Virus genome (UHGV): UHGV-0125199
Source of the DNA: a virus
Direction: 5' to 3' (one strand)
DNA length: 64,000 nt
Shown here one piece after another: positions 8,509-18,619 of this stretch. The position numbers and the translations under genes are program-made. Positions within the stretch are counted from its first letter, which is position 1. Every line of letters starts with the position of its first letter. The notes under the pieces were generated by a model that worked only from the letters and a program-made list of their open reading frames with translations, was not told the DNA's origin and did not search any database.

Positions 8509-10194
8509 ATGTCAGATAATATTAACGAATCACAAGTTGATGACATTAAAAACTATAAAATATCTTTCGCATCAGATATTAAAGACAGCATCAGTTCTGA
8601 CGATGAAACCGTCATTGTATCAGGATTTGATGTTCAGCTATCAGAACAAGAGACAAATTGGATGCGCGACGCATTGCAGAGATTTGACAAAGGTGGAAGT
8701 CAATATTCTGTTGTGTTAAACGAAGAATCATCATCCGGAACAGCAAAAACCACAACATTAGATGATATTGATGATTTAGCTTTTAACGCGCAAAGTGATA
8801 TTTCAAAAATACAAAAAATAAATGCATTAGTACGGCAAGCATCAAATGAAGATGATATAATTGGAAAAGTTCATGAGGCTGTTGAATCAAACCTTAATTC
8901 TAACGTAAGAATATCTTTTGATACACTCCCATCAGACTATGACGAAGGAATAAAACTCGAAGCAGAATCAGAAATTGAACGTTTTCACAAAGAGATAAAT
9001 GTAAATGACATCGTAACTATTGCAATTACTACAACATATGATGAAGGTAATTGTATACAATACTTGAGATCAAAAAAATCTAAAGGTATTTATCATCATG
9101 TTGTTGATAGATATCCATTAGGAGTTGCTTTAATAAGCGACTATTCTATGAACACAATTCCTTACGTGTTGATTGACACATCCGAGCTAACAAACAGACT
9201 GCAGAAAACAATGCTAAAAAGCAAAAAGAATAAACCTTTATTTTTCAAAAATACTGCAGAAGAGATCAAAAATAATTATCCAAAAGAAGTTACGAAAGCT
9301 TACACATCGAAAGAAAAATACGCCATTCTTGATGTTCAAAGGACTGGAGTAAATCGATTTGGCAATATGAATCGTAAATATGGAATTTCGCCAGTTTTTA
9401 AAGCGTTGAAGCCTAAAATTATGCTTGATACATTTGATAAAACAGACAATGTTAATGCTAAAGCAAAGGCAAAAAAAATAATTGCCCAATATCTAAAAAA
9501 AGAAGTTTTAGGACAGCGTGGCGAAAAAAAAGGACTTGAGGATATGGCATATGCCCATGATTGCCTTGTACAGGCTTTTAAAAATAAAACTGTGCTGTAT
9601 ACTCCACCAGGCAGCGTTGAAAAGATTGAGTATGTAGAACCAAAAGTAGAAATGACTAATACAGAAACGATTACACAATATAGGTCTAGGGTTACATCTG
9701 CATTAGGCATATCATTTTTGAACACTGACGGAAAACAAACTGTAAGCACAGCAAATATTTCTATTAAACAACTCATGAAAACAATTAACAAAATTGCAGA
9801 AAGACAGGAAAAAATTTTGCAACGTTGGTATGAAGTTGTCTTATCTGAAGCAGGTATACCAATAGAGTATTGCCCTACTCCACATATTTTAGATTCAGAA
9901 ATGTTAGAGTTTGAAATCAAAAAGGATCTTGTAGAATTCCTATTTTCAAAACTCAATTGCTCATATCAAACAGCGTATGAATTTCTTGGCATGGATTTTG
10001 ATAATGAGGTTGTTCGTAGAAAATCCGAAAAAGAGAATGGTTATGATTTAATACTGACTCCTCATCCAACTTCTTACAATACATCTGGCTCAGATGAAAT
10101 TGGTGCAGGTCGACCAATGGGAGGAACAAACGAGGATAATGATGTGAATGAGAAAAAACAGGAATATGATAAAAATTATCGAGAATCTAAATAG
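8509..10194 (+). CDS. putative portal protein
   Basis: 561 aa, immediately after terL. Assigned by size and position only. Confidence 0.4.
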   Translation: MSDNINESQVDDIKNYKISFASDIKDSISSDDETVIVSGFDVQLSEQETNWMRDALQRFDKGGSQYSVVLNEESSSGTAKTTTLDDIDDLAFNAQSDISKIQKINALVRQASNEDDIIGKVHEAVESNLNSNVRISFDTLPSDYDEGIKLEAESEIERFHKEINVNDIVTIAITTTYDEGNCIQYLRSKKSKGIYHHVVDRYPLGVALISDYSMNTIPYVLIDTSELTNRLQKTMLKSKKNKPLFFKNTAEEIKNNYPKEVTKAYTSKEKYAILDVQRTGVNRFGNMNRKYGISPVFKALKPKIMLDTFDKTDNVNAKAKAKKIIAQYLKKEVLGQRGEKKGLEDMAYAHDCLVQAFKNKTVLYTPPGSVEKIEYVEPKVEMTNTETITQYRSRVTSALGISFLNTDGKQTVSTANISIKQLMKTINKIAERQEKILQRWYEVVLSEAGIPIEYCPTPHILDSEMLEFEIKKDLVEFLFSKLNCSYQTAYEFLGMDFDNEVVRRKSEKENGYDLILTPHPTSYNTSGSDEIGAGRPMGGTNEDNDVNEKKQEYDKNYRESK

Positions 10195-10233
10195 TCAAAT
10201 CTAACTTATATTTAAATATATGAAGGTGAAAAA

Positions 10234-11817
10234 ATGGTTAATAAAACAGAAATATTTTCTAGTTCACCTATTTCTATTGCAAGTCATGACAATTATAAAG
10301 AGGCAGTTTTTTTAATTAGCGTCTTAGACCAGCCAGACAGGATAAATCGTATTATACCTGTCGAATCAGGTAAAAAATACCATAAAACAATAATTGGATA
10401 TCCGCTTGTTGCAAAACTAAAAAAAGCAACTTCTGATTTTGGCGGTCATGAAATGAAAATAACAAAAACAAAAAAAGGAAAAAAGTTTTCTTTTGATACA
10501 TTCCCTATTGGAAGCATCACAGATTCGTGGATTGAAGAACGTGAAGTTGATGGATATGACGGAAAACAAAAATGCATCCTAGCAAAAACCAAATTATGGA
10601 CAAGTAGATTTCCTGAATATTTTAAAGTGTTCGATAAATTATGGGATGATGGAGAATTGTCTTCTTCTTGGGAGATGACGGTAACTGACTCAGAAAAAGA
10701 TGGTGACTGCACAATTCTTAAAGTGTTTGAATTTATTGGAAATGCATGTTTGGGAAGACTTAAAACTCCATGCGTTCCAGGCGCTGGTGTCATAGAATAT
10801 GCTGAACTAGAAAAAGATATTGATACAGAATTAGCCGAGGCTTTAGAAAAGGACTTGGTTAATTTAGATATAGAAGAAAATGATGTAAAGGAGGATATAG
10901 GCTTGGCAGAAAATACAAAAAAGAAAATAGAAAACGAAGAGACAGAAGATACAAAAACTTCTGTCAAAGAGACAGATGATAAAGAAAAAAAGACAGAAGA
11001 AACTGCCTCTTGTGGATCAGATTCTACAAAGAAAAAGACAAAAGTTGCAGAAGAAACAAAAGAGATCTCAGAAGAAAATGCTGAAGTAACAGAAATTGCA
11101 TCTCTGACTCAATGGGATCTTGAAAGTAAAATCAGGAAAGCTTGTGACGAAAAAATTGGGAAAAGAGTTTATGGATATGTCGCATTTTGGTTCCCAGAAG
11201 ATAATACTGTTTGGTATAAAACAGATGATAGCGAAAACCAACTTGATTACAAATTATTTACATATAAAGTTTCTGGAGATGAAGTTTTTGTTTCTGAACC
11301 AGTAGACGTTAAGCTTACAGTTGCAGTAAAAGATGTAAATATGGAAATTGCAAGTAAAGATGAAGAGATTGGAAATCTAAAAGCTGAATTAGATATTAAA
11401 AATGATGCTGTGATCAACGCAGGTAAAACAATTAATACCTTAAAAACCAAAATTGCTGAATTGGAACCTTTTAAAGAAAAGGTAGAAAAGGCAGAACAAG
11501 AAAAAATTGAAGCAGAAATTGCTGAAGAAAAAGATGCTCTTAGATGCAAGATGTTAAAAGGTAATTTGTTTACAGAATCTGAAATTGCCGAAACAGAAAT
11601 TGCTGAATTAATTGAATCAAGAAATGTTTCAGAAATCAATAATTTAATTGCTGAAAGATATATTGAGCGCATTGATAATGCTGCAGCAGAAGTCGCAGAA
11701 TTCGAGGAAACATCAAATGAAGAGTCTGTCGCAACAGCTAGTTTAGAAACTGATGACATTGCAGATGATTCTGTGTCATTTATGAGCAAATTTTTAAATG
11801 GTAGAAAACATAATTAA
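10234..11817 (+). CDS. head morphogenesis protein with acidic coiled-coil C-terminal half (putative scaffold or prohead protease-scaffold fusion)
   Basis: 527 aa. The C-terminal 250 aa are E/K-rich coiled coil. Lies between the portal candidate and the capsid candidate. Confidence 0.35.
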   Translation: MVNKTEIFSSSPISIASHDNYKEAVFLISVLDQPDRINRIIPVESGKKYHKTIIGYPLVAKLKKATSDFGGHEMKITKTKKGKKFSFDTFPIGSITDSWIEEREVDGYDGKQKCILAKTKLWTSRFPEYFKVFDKLWDDGELSSSWEMTVTDSEKDGDCTILKVFEFIGNACLGRLKTPCVPGAGVIEYAELEKDIDTELAEALEKDLVNLDIEENDVKEDIGLAENTKKKIENEETEDTKTSVKETDDKEKKTEETASCGSDSTKKKTKVAEETKEISEENAEVTEIASLTQWDLESKIRKACDEKIGKRVYGYVAFWFPEDNTVWYKTDDSENQLDYKLFTYKVSGDEVFVSEPVDVKLTVAVKDVNMEIASKDEEIGNLKAELDIKNDAVINAGKTINTLKTKIAELEPFKEKVEKAEQEKIEAEIAEEKDALRCKMLKGNLFTESEIAETEIAELIESRNVSEINNLIAERYIERIDNAAAEVAEFEETSNEESVATASLETDDIADDSVSFMSKFLNGRKHN

Positions 11818-11831
11818 GGAGGATTGGCTAC

Positions 11832-12317
11832 ATGTTAAGAGATATTCGTAGAAATGGCGCACAGCCAAAAGACACAATGCACAAAGCAAAAGTTGCAATG
11901 GTAACTGGGATGGGTGTAGTAAAAGAAGATACAAAAAATACAAAAGAGGTAAAGTTGCCTACTGCTGAGACAACAACAAATATCTACCTTGTAACAAAAG
12001 AAAGAATTCCTACAGGAATTAATGCAGCAAGACAGGAAATGTCTGATTACGATGATGATTTTACATCAGTAAAAATCGGAGAGTTTGTTGGTCTGGAAGT
12101 CTATACAGATGGAGAAAAATTTGGAACAGACCAGTTTAAGGCTGCTGATTTTGGAGACGAAGCGGAACCAGGATTCGCAATGTCTGTTGGAGCAGATGGA
12201 AAATGGCAAAAAGCAACAAAAGGAACTTCAAGATATGTATTTGCAGGAACAATGAAAGATAACGGTCATAAACTTGTGCTCGTAGAAGTTGTTGCTGATG
12301 CAGTATCTGTTGCGTAA
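11832..12317 (+). CDS. hypothetical head protein (161 aa)
   Basis: AAGGAGG SD. Position between the scaffold-like and capsid-like genes. Confidence 0.4.
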   Translation: MLRDIRRNGAQPKDTMHKAKVAMVTGMGVVKEDTKNTKEVKLPTAETTTNIYLVTKERIPTGINAARQEMSDYDDDFTSVKIGEFVGLEVYTDGEKFGTDQFKAADFGDEAEPGFAMSVGADGKWQKATKGTSRYVFAGTMKDNGHKLVLVEVVADAVSVA

Positions 12318-12341
12318 ATAAAATAAGGAGGACTTGATAAG

Positions 12342-13334
12342 ATGGCTATTAGAACAGAAATCGCAGAACTCATGGATAAAGATGGTGTTCTGTTTGAAGT
12401 TGCTGAAAAGGTAAATTATAAAAGAGAGCTTAACTCTGAAGAAAAAGAAATTGCTGAAATTTCCGATGCATGGGCAAGAGAAATCGGTAAAACAGGAAAG
12501 GATCCTAATTGCGAAATCGCAGAGTTTGTAACTAGAACTGTACAGGAAGAAGTGTACAACGCACCGGACGAACTTCTTGATCAGATTTTTGAAAGAGGTT
12601 CTGTTGGAGAGTTTGATGATTTAGAAGGAACAAAGGAGCCAAAAAATACACTTGTAGCACATGAAGCTGCAAAAGGCGGTAATGTAGATCGTTCTTACAT
12701 TGATATTGAAACTGTAAAACCTACATGGAAAAATCGTCAGGTTGAAACTGATATCTCATATGTAGATTTAAGAAAAAATGGTTTTAAATCCATCGCAACC
12801 TTAACTACATTTATGAAAGAAGCTTGTCAGAATGCGTTATTTTACGATGCACTTTCTATGGCGGATAACGCGGTTACAGGGGGAGAAGCTCTTATTGAAG
12901 TTACAGGAGCAACACCTACTCTTGAGGCTATGGATAAATTATCTCTTTATCTGAATGATAGGGGTGATGATAATGTTATTGTTACTTTGAATAAATATGC
13001 TCAGGCAATTAGACGTATGCCTAATTTTGCTCAGTATTTGTCAGGAGCTATGAAAGACGATTTTAACAGATATGGTTTAGTAAAAACATATGATGGAATT
13101 GGCATTGCAGGTATTTCAGGAGCAAAGAAAACTGGAACTGGACAGCTTCTCCTGCCAGACAAGAGGATCTATGGTATCGCAGATAAAATCGGAACACTGG
13201 ATATGAAAGGTGAAATTCACGTATATCAGGATATGAATAATCAAGGTGAAAAAGTTCATATTATGTTGAAAGATTTTACATACGGCTTTATGCTCACACA
13301 TATCGAAAACTTTGCAAAGGTTACTTTGAAATAA
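12342..13334 (+). CDS. putative major capsid protein
   Basis: 330 aa. Strong SD, followed by a strong hairpin. Position after the scaffold-like gene. Size fits an HK97-fold capsid protein. No motif proof. Confidence 0.45.
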   Translation: MAIRTEIAELMDKDGVLFEVAEKVNYKRELNSEEKEIAEISDAWAREIGKTGKDPNCEIAEFVTRTVQEEVYNAPDELLDQIFERGSVGEFDDLEGTKEPKNTLVAHEAAKGGNVDRSYIDIETVKPTWKNRQVETDISYVDLRKNGFKSIATLTTFMKEACQNALFYDALSMADNAVTGGEALIEVTGATPTLEAMDKLSLYLNDRGDDNVIVTLNKYAQAIRRMPNFAQYLSGAMKDDFNRYGLVKTYDGIGIAGISGAKKTGTGQLLLPDKRIYGIADKIGTLDMKGEIHVYQDMNNQGEKVHIMLKDFTYGFMLTHIENFAKVTLK

Positions 13335-13360
13335 GGTAGTCTTTTTTTATTGTTTAAATT

Positions 13361-13390
13361 TCTATCGGAGGGATTCCTTCGATAGAAATT
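13361..13390 (+). other. stable stem-loop downstream of the capsid-like gene (attenuator / partial terminator)
   Basis: TTTCTATCG-gagggattcctt-CGATAGAAA, a 9-bp perfect stem, but no downstream U-tract. Confidence 0.3.
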
Positions 13391-13409
13391 ATGAAGAGGA
13401 GGAGATTTT

Positions 13410-14060
13410 ATTAGTAGTAAATTTGGAATCACAAAACATTTTCAGGTTTTAAATTATAATGAACATTCTGTATGCATTACAATTGCGCCAGGTAAAACAT
13501 GTGTAATTGAATCCGCAGTAGATGGATCACCAACTACTCTTCCGCTTACGTGGGATGAAATTGTATACGCAAATAACAGTAACGTATTTAAAAGCGGATC
13601 ACTTGAATTCCAAGGAGATGTCGAAAATGATATCTATAACGAATTAGGAATTGTAAAAGAAAATGTTTTAAAATATGAAGAAATAAAAGAAATTTTACTT
13701 CATCCAGACAAGGATGGACTGAAAAAAATTTTAAAAATAAAAACGCTATCAGATTTTGATAGAGTTCGTGAAATTTTTCAAAAATTAAAATTTGAAGGTT
13801 ATTCAATTACTCTTGATGTAAATAATCTTGTAAAAAAAAGAACAGAAGAATTGTTTATGGGAAAATCATCTTCTTCCATTTTTGTTGATGACCCAGAAAA
13901 TACATCTTCAGATTCTAAGAAGGTTAAAGACTTGGAAAAACAGCTTGAGGAAATGAAGGCAATGATGGAATCTTTGCTTAAATCAAATGACACGGTGAAA
14001 ACTGATTCTGTCGAAAATACTCAGGTTAAAAAAACAGGAAGACCGAAAAAGTCTGATTAG
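13410..14060 (+). CDS. hypothetical protein with no canonical start (ATT 13410, or +1 frameshift from mini-ORF ATG 13391)
   Basis: The frame is open from 13395 to TAG at 14058 (more than 215 codons) with good coding character. The first in-frame ATG is at 13851. A GAAGAGGAGGAG SD sits at 13393-13404. A mini-ORF ATG-AAG-AGG-AGG-AGA-TTT-TAT-TAG overlaps in the -1 frame. Confidence 0.4.
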   Translation: MSSKFGITKHFQVLNYNEHSVCITIAPGKTCVIESAVDGSPTTLPLTWDEIVYANNSNVFKSGSLEFQGDVENDIYNELGIVKENVLKYEEIKEILLHPDKDGLKKILKIKTLSDFDRVREIFQKLKFEGYSITLDVNNLVKKRTEELFMGKSSSSIFVDDPENTSSDSKKVKDLEKQLEEMKAMMESLLKSNDTVKTDSVENTQVKKTGRPKKSD

Positions 14061-14081
14061 ATAACAGGGAGGTAATTTGGC

Positions 14082-14585
14082 ATGAAGTCAAATTCTTATA
14101 CTCCATTTAGTGAAATTTGTGATAGATTCTATGATCGATTAGAAAAGGATGATAAATTTTTTAATTATTATAACGTAGATGAATTAGAAGCAATTCAAAT
14201 TGCACATGAAAGGTCTAAAAGATATCTTATTGAATCATTAGATGACTTAACATCTCTTGGAAATATGCAAGTAGATTTTTCTGATTATGACACAGAAATT
14301 GAACGTATAAACTTCGAACTATTACCAAAAGAAATTAAAATCATTGTTGATATGATGTTTATTAAATACATGGAAAGAGATTTAGCATTGTTACACGCTA
14401 TGGAAATAAATTTTGCACCATCTGATTTAACTGTGTTTTCTCCAGCAAATGAAAGAACAAGTTATCGCAATTTTATTGAAACACTAAAATTAAATTTGCA
14501 AGATGAATTGGCTAATTATCAAGACAGGGATAGAAAAACAGGCAAATTAAAAGCGGTACTTGATTATTCTTTATATGACGAGTGA
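14082..14585 (+). CDS. hypothetical protein (167 aa)
   Basis: GGGAGG SD. No motif recognised. Confidence 0.5.
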   Translation: MKSNSYTPFSEICDRFYDRLEKDDKFFNYYNVDELEAIQIAHERSKRYLIESLDDLTSLGNMQVDFSDYDTEIERINFELLPKEIKIIVDMMFIKYMERDLALLHAMEINFAPSDLTVFSPANERTSYRNFIETLKLNLQDELANYQDRDRKTGKLKAVLDYSLYDE

Positions 14586-14595
14586 GGTGATAAAA

Positions 14596-15609
14596 ATGAA
14601 TTTGAATTATTTCAGAAAAATTCAGAATAGTTATCGTGTATCGTCAAAGAAAGAACAACAACTTAATATAATCAACAAGGAATCTGAAAAGCATTGGAAT
14701 AATATTGATTGCGAAGATGTTGTTATAAATGGTGAAAATAGAAAATTAATGGTGGTAAAAGACACCGATAATAATGCCTCAAAAAAGAAAATTAAATCAA
14801 TACATAGTGAGCCATTTAATCTTGGAGATTATATATACTGGAATAACCAAGTATGGATTGTAACAGTATTAGATCCTAATGAAAAGGCGTGGCATTCTGG
14901 ATATATGTATTTATGTACACTATTGCTAAATACAATAGATGAAAATGGAAGGCTTGTTCAAAAATGGTGCTATTCAGAAGATTTTACTAAGTATTCTTCT
15001 GGCGAAACAGGGAATACAAGTATCAAAGTCGGGGATTATCAATATGGATTGACATTGCCTGTTGATAATGACACCAAACGTTGGCGGCGCGACAAAAGAT
15101 TTTGCATTGATTTTGATGATTCGATTGAGCCAGACACATATCGATTAACAAATAGAAAATTGTTTTTATCAGATAATTCATATTTTAATCGAGGTGGTCT
15201 TATTCAACTTACACTTTCTCTCTCGTCATTTAACAAAGAAACAGATGCGCTTGTTGACTTTGATGGAAAAAAGTATTGGATAGCGGATTATATTAAATCA
15301 GATGTTTCTCAAGAAAAAAATAACACGTGCAAGATTTCTTATAATGGCAAAAACCAAGTTGGTGTTGGCGATATTGAAAAGAAATTTTTGGGCGAGTTTT
15401 ATTCTGGAAATGAAAAGATAGAGAACAAAGTTGGAAAATGGTATTTGAGCGATAACGTAAAAGATAAGGTGCATTTAAAAACAGAAAACAACACTGCGTT
15501 TATATGGATAGAAACAGAACAATTTGATCTAATTGGTGAAAAATTTAATTTATTTTTCGGTGACGATTTAGTTACAACAAATATAGAGCTTGAAATAGTT
15601 TACTTATAA
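14596..15609 (+). CDS. hypothetical protein (337 aa)
   Basis: The ORF-track start at 14560 overlaps the upstream gene. ATG 14596 has a GAGGTGA SD. Confidence 0.5.
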   Translation: MNLNYFRKIQNSYRVSSKKEQQLNIINKESEKHWNNIDCEDVVINGENRKLMVVKDTDNNASKKKIKSIHSEPFNLGDYIYWNNQVWIVTVLDPNEKAWHSGYMYLCTLLLNTIDENGRLVQKWCYSEDFTKYSSGETGNTSIKVGDYQYGLTLPVDNDTKRWRRDKRFCIDFDDSIEPDTYRLTNRKLFLSDNSYFNRGGLIQLTLSLSSFNKETDALVDFDGKKYWIADYIKSDVSQEKNNTCKISYNGKNQVGVGDIEKKFLGEFYSGNEKIENKVGKWYLSDNVKDKVHLKTENNTAFIWIETEQFDLIGEKFNLFFGDDLVTTNIELEIVYL

Positions 15610-15621
15610 TGAGGTGTCATT

Positions 15622-16107
15622 TTGTGGGATAAAAATATAAAAGATCTTGGGACAGTATTATCAAAAGTTATTTCAGCATTCAAGCATTCTGATGAAATCC
15701 GAGATGTACTGTTTGGCAGTCAAATTAATGAAAATGATTTTGATTTACAAAAGGCTTATGAGGATTGTATATGGGATTGTCTTTATATAAAAGGAATTCA
15801 AACAGAAGCAAAAACATATATTTGTGCAGATACAACAGTCTCACGAATAAATTCTAGCACAAAAAATGTTAAGCTCATTATACAGGTTTTTTGTGAAAAG
15901 TCGTTACTTAAGTATTCCAAAAAGGGATATGTTGGGAACAGACCTACTATCCTGGCAGAAATAATTGAGGAAATATTAATTAAAGACGAAGAATTTTCGA
16001 GAAATTTTGGCATAGGAAAATTAGAATTGAATAATGTAAACATTTTTACAAATGGCGAAAACCATTATGGTAAAACATTGGAATTTACCATTACAACTTT
16101 TAGATAA
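15622..16107 (+). CDS. hypothetical protein (161 aa)
   Basis: TTG start after an AGGTG SD. Position suggests head-tail joining, but not proven. Confidence 0.4.
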   Translation: MWDKNIKDLGTVLSKVISAFKHSDEIRDVLFGSQINENDFDLQKAYEDCIWDCLYIKGIQTEAKTYICADTTVSRINSSTKNVKLIIQVFCEKSLLKYSKKGYVGNRPTILAEIIEEILIKDEEFSRNFGIGKLELNNVNIFTNGENHYGKTLEFTITTFR

Positions 16108-16118
16108 GGATTTTAATT

Positions 16119-16898
16119 ATGAAATTAGATTATTTTGATCTAATCTCCCCTCTCCCACTTGATCTTGTTGGAATTGGAAGAATTAAATCTCCAAAGCTCA
16201 TTGAGATTGCTGACATATCTTATTACGTCTATGCACAATATGTGTCGTGTCTAAGAATGACTCCAAGTGATTATATTGAAGATTTTAAAATAGAAGATCC
16301 AGATATTAATTTGTATACAAAATTTGACCTTATTTTGTATGATTCAAATTTTAGAAATATGATTAAAAATGCTCTCAATTTTTTCTTTGTAGAGGATTTC
16401 GAATGGTTTGATGAATATAAATCATTTCTATACACAGAGGAAATTGTTAGAGAAAATGACGATACTGAACTTCTAGCAAAAGGAATTATAAATTCTAAAA
16501 ATTATTATGATGTGTTGGATATAATTCTTCAACGAGTGCATATTACACCGGACAATACAGAAGTGACTGATATTACAAAGATCAAAAATAAACGTGGATT
16601 AAAAATATACAAGAGGTTGCAAAAGGTAAAACGTGAATTCAAAAAAACTTCTGGCGGAAATCCAGATATGTCTTTACCTAACATCATATCGTCCGTTGCT
16701 GTAAGAAGTTTATCATTAAACTGGATAAATATATGGGATATTACAATTTATCAATTATTCAATGAATTTGAAAGGCTTCAGATAATTGATCAATATGACA
16801 TTGCTTCTACACAGGTGTCTGTATGGGGAGATAAAGAAAAGAAATTCAAGTTTGGTGCTTGGAGTTCAAATATATATAACAAAAATGACGCTGAGTAA
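16119..16898 (+). CDS. hypothetical protein (259 aa)
   Basis: Clean ORF in the head-tail connector region. Confidence 0.45.
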   Translation: MKLDYFDLISPLPLDLVGIGRIKSPKLIEIADISYYVYAQYVSCLRMTPSDYIEDFKIEDPDINLYTKFDLILYDSNFRNMIKNALNFFFVEDFEWFDEYKSFLYTEEIVRENDDTELLAKGIINSKNYYDVLDIILQRVHITPDNTEVTDITKIKNKRGLKIYKRLQKVKREFKKTSGGNPDMSLPNIISSVAVRSLSLNWINIWDITIYQLFNEFERLQIIDQYDIASTQVSVWGDKEKKFKFGAWSSNIYNKNDAE

Positions 16899-16951
16899 TT
16901 CAGTGTCTTTTTTATTGCAAAAAAAACAAATCTTATATAGGAGGAATTAAA

Positions 16952-17719
16952 ATGGCAAATCAATTTGGAAAACAGATGGCAAACCGAGAAGTCTGTGACA
17001 TGGTGTTTGTAGATTATAAAACAAAAGAACCATTTCTTTTCTGTGATTACGCAAATACATCAAGTCAGGAATTGACAGGTGAAAACGTATTTGCGTACGG
17101 TGGGAAAGGTCATCCAAAGAAAATTACATTCTCTGGAGAACGTGCTGGTACTCTTACGATTGAAACGCAGATTCAGACACCTAAGCTTTGGGAGCTGATG
17201 ACTGGAGGTAAGAGTTCTAAAACAGCAGAAATTATGAAGAGAGTCAAGGTAAAAGTTGGCGAAAGCAATAAAGTTAGTATTACTGACACAAAAGTTACTC
17301 TCACAAAAGAAAATGTATGGGTTTATGACGGAGCAGATTCTAACATGGAAACAAAACTTGGGGTAACTACTGTTTCTGGTCAGGACATTACATTGAAAGA
17401 TTCAAAGGCAGAAGGAACAGAAGTTGTTGTATTCTACCTTGCTACTAGAAATGATGTATACAATATCAGTATTAGATCTACTGACTTCCCGAAAGCGTTT
17501 ACTGTTTACGGCGATACATATATGAAAACAACAGATGAGGATGTGCTTCCATATCTGTTCAAGGCATATAAAGTAGTTCCGCAGGCTAATATGTCTCTGT
17601 CTTTTGCAAGTTCCGGAGATCCGGGTACTGTAACACTTACTTGTGACATGATGGTTGACGATGATGGAAACATGCTTGACCTGACTCTGTTACCGGACGA
17701 GGACGAACCGGGGGAATAG
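16952..17719 (+). CDS. major tail protein (phi13/TP901-like family)
   Basis: 255 aa. MANQFGKQMANREV...DYKTKEPFLFCDYANTSSQELTGENVFAYGGKGHPKKITFSGERAGTLTIETQ resembles the siphovirus major tail protein family. GGAGG SD. Confidence 0.7.
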   Translation: MANQFGKQMANREVCDMVFVDYKTKEPFLFCDYANTSSQELTGENVFAYGGKGHPKKITFSGERAGTLTIETQIQTPKLWELMTGGKSSKTAEIMKRVKVKVGESNKVSITDTKVTLTKENVWVYDGADSNMETKLGVTTVSGQDITLKDSKAEGTEVVVFYLATRNDVYNISIRSTDFPKAFTVYGDTYMKTTDEDVLPYLFKAYKVVPQANMSLSFASSGDPGTVTLTCDMMVDDDGNMLDLTLLPDEDEPGE

Positions 17720-17721
17720 AA

Positions 17722-17754
17722 CCCCCTGAAGATCTCGCCTTGATAGGCAGGGGG
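17722..17754 (+). other. stem-loop after the major tail protein gene
   Basis: CCCCCTG-(19 nt)-CAGGGGG, followed by AAAATCGG. Confidence 0.3.
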
Positions 17755-17807
17755 AAAATCGGAAAGGCAAAAGTCGGAAAATCAGAATGAATAAGGAGTG
17801 AGTAAAA

Positions 17808-18215
17808 ATGGCATATACACCAACGACATGGAGCGATGGAGATGTTATTACTGCTGAAAAGATGAACAAGCTGGAGCAAGGTGTAAAAAATGAACAGGTT
17901 GGCGCACCTGGAGCAGCCGCAGGATTCGGAACACCAACTGCAACGGTTGACGCAAATACTGGAGTTCCATCTGTAACTGTAACAGCAAGTGGAGCAAACA
18001 CAGCAAAGGTATTTAATTTTGCATTCAAAAATTTAAAAGGAGCAAAAGGAGATCCTGGTGCGACATACACTCTTCCGGCTGCGAATAAAACAACACTTGG
18101 AGGCGTAAAACAGTCTACTTTGGTTCCTGAAGCTGCAGGAGAAAATGTCACAAAGGCTGAGTTCAAAGCTTTGCTGGACGCTTTGAAAGCAGCCGGTATT
18201 ATGGCTACATCTTAA
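17808..18215 (+). CDS. small fibre-repeat protein (paralog of the 3601 ORF)
   Basis: 135 aa. TYTLPAANKTTLGGVKQS and a C-terminal KALLDALKAAGIMATS mirror TYTLPQATDQVLGGVKAK and NALLASLRTAGIIAQ of 3601..4518. Confidence 0.5.
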   Translation: MAYTPTTWSDGDVITAEKMNKLEQGVKNEQVGAPGAAAGFGTPTATVDANTGVPSVTVTASGANTAKVFNFAFKNLKGAKGDPGATYTLPAANKTTLGGVKQSTLVPEAAGENVTKAEFKALLDALKAAGIMATS

Positions 18216-18248
18216 AATAACGAGTGATAGATATTTAGTGTGAAGAAA

Positions 18249-18290
18249 GGGGTAAATATCTATTATCGGTATTTACCCCATTTTTTTACT
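18249..18290 (+). terminator. strong rho-independent terminator
   Basis: GGGGTAAATA-tctattatcgg-TATTTACCCC, a perfect 10-bp stem followed by ATTTTTTTACT. Confidence 0.8.
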
Positions 18291-18619
18291 CTGCTCCGAA
18301 TAAGTGAGGAGTGAACTCGAAATTAGAAAGTTAGACAATGAATACCGTACAGAATCTTCTCACGAAGTCTGTTATTTATCAGAATACGGAATTAAATATA
18401 CATTTGTAAAAAAAGAAGATGGTGTGACGGTATGGAAGTACAAAAAGAGTAAAGAACTTGGACTTGCTTTAGCTAAGTTCTGGGAACAAAAATAAAATAG
18501 GTTGTTCAAGATGATGAATATAAAGGTGGGTGTCATATTTTTGAGCGTAGTGTCACGCAGTACACAGGCAATAGTATTAAAGGACTACCACTCTCCTATT
18601 TGTATGAAAGGAAAAAATT

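Noticed and set aside
9336-11789. Minus-strand ORFs 9336..9956, 10446..10967, 11247..11789 (also 17690..18166, 49882..50376, 58834..59433)
   Set aside because: They lie entirely antisense within strongly supported + strand structural genes. They have low-complexity S/I/F-rich translations and no SD, so they are mirror ORFs.
14560-14595. ORF-track start 14560 overlapping the preceding gene by 26 nt (possible frameshift site)
   Set aside because: There is no slippery heptamer. ATG 14596 has an excellent GAGGTGA SD, so a simple downstream start is more likely.
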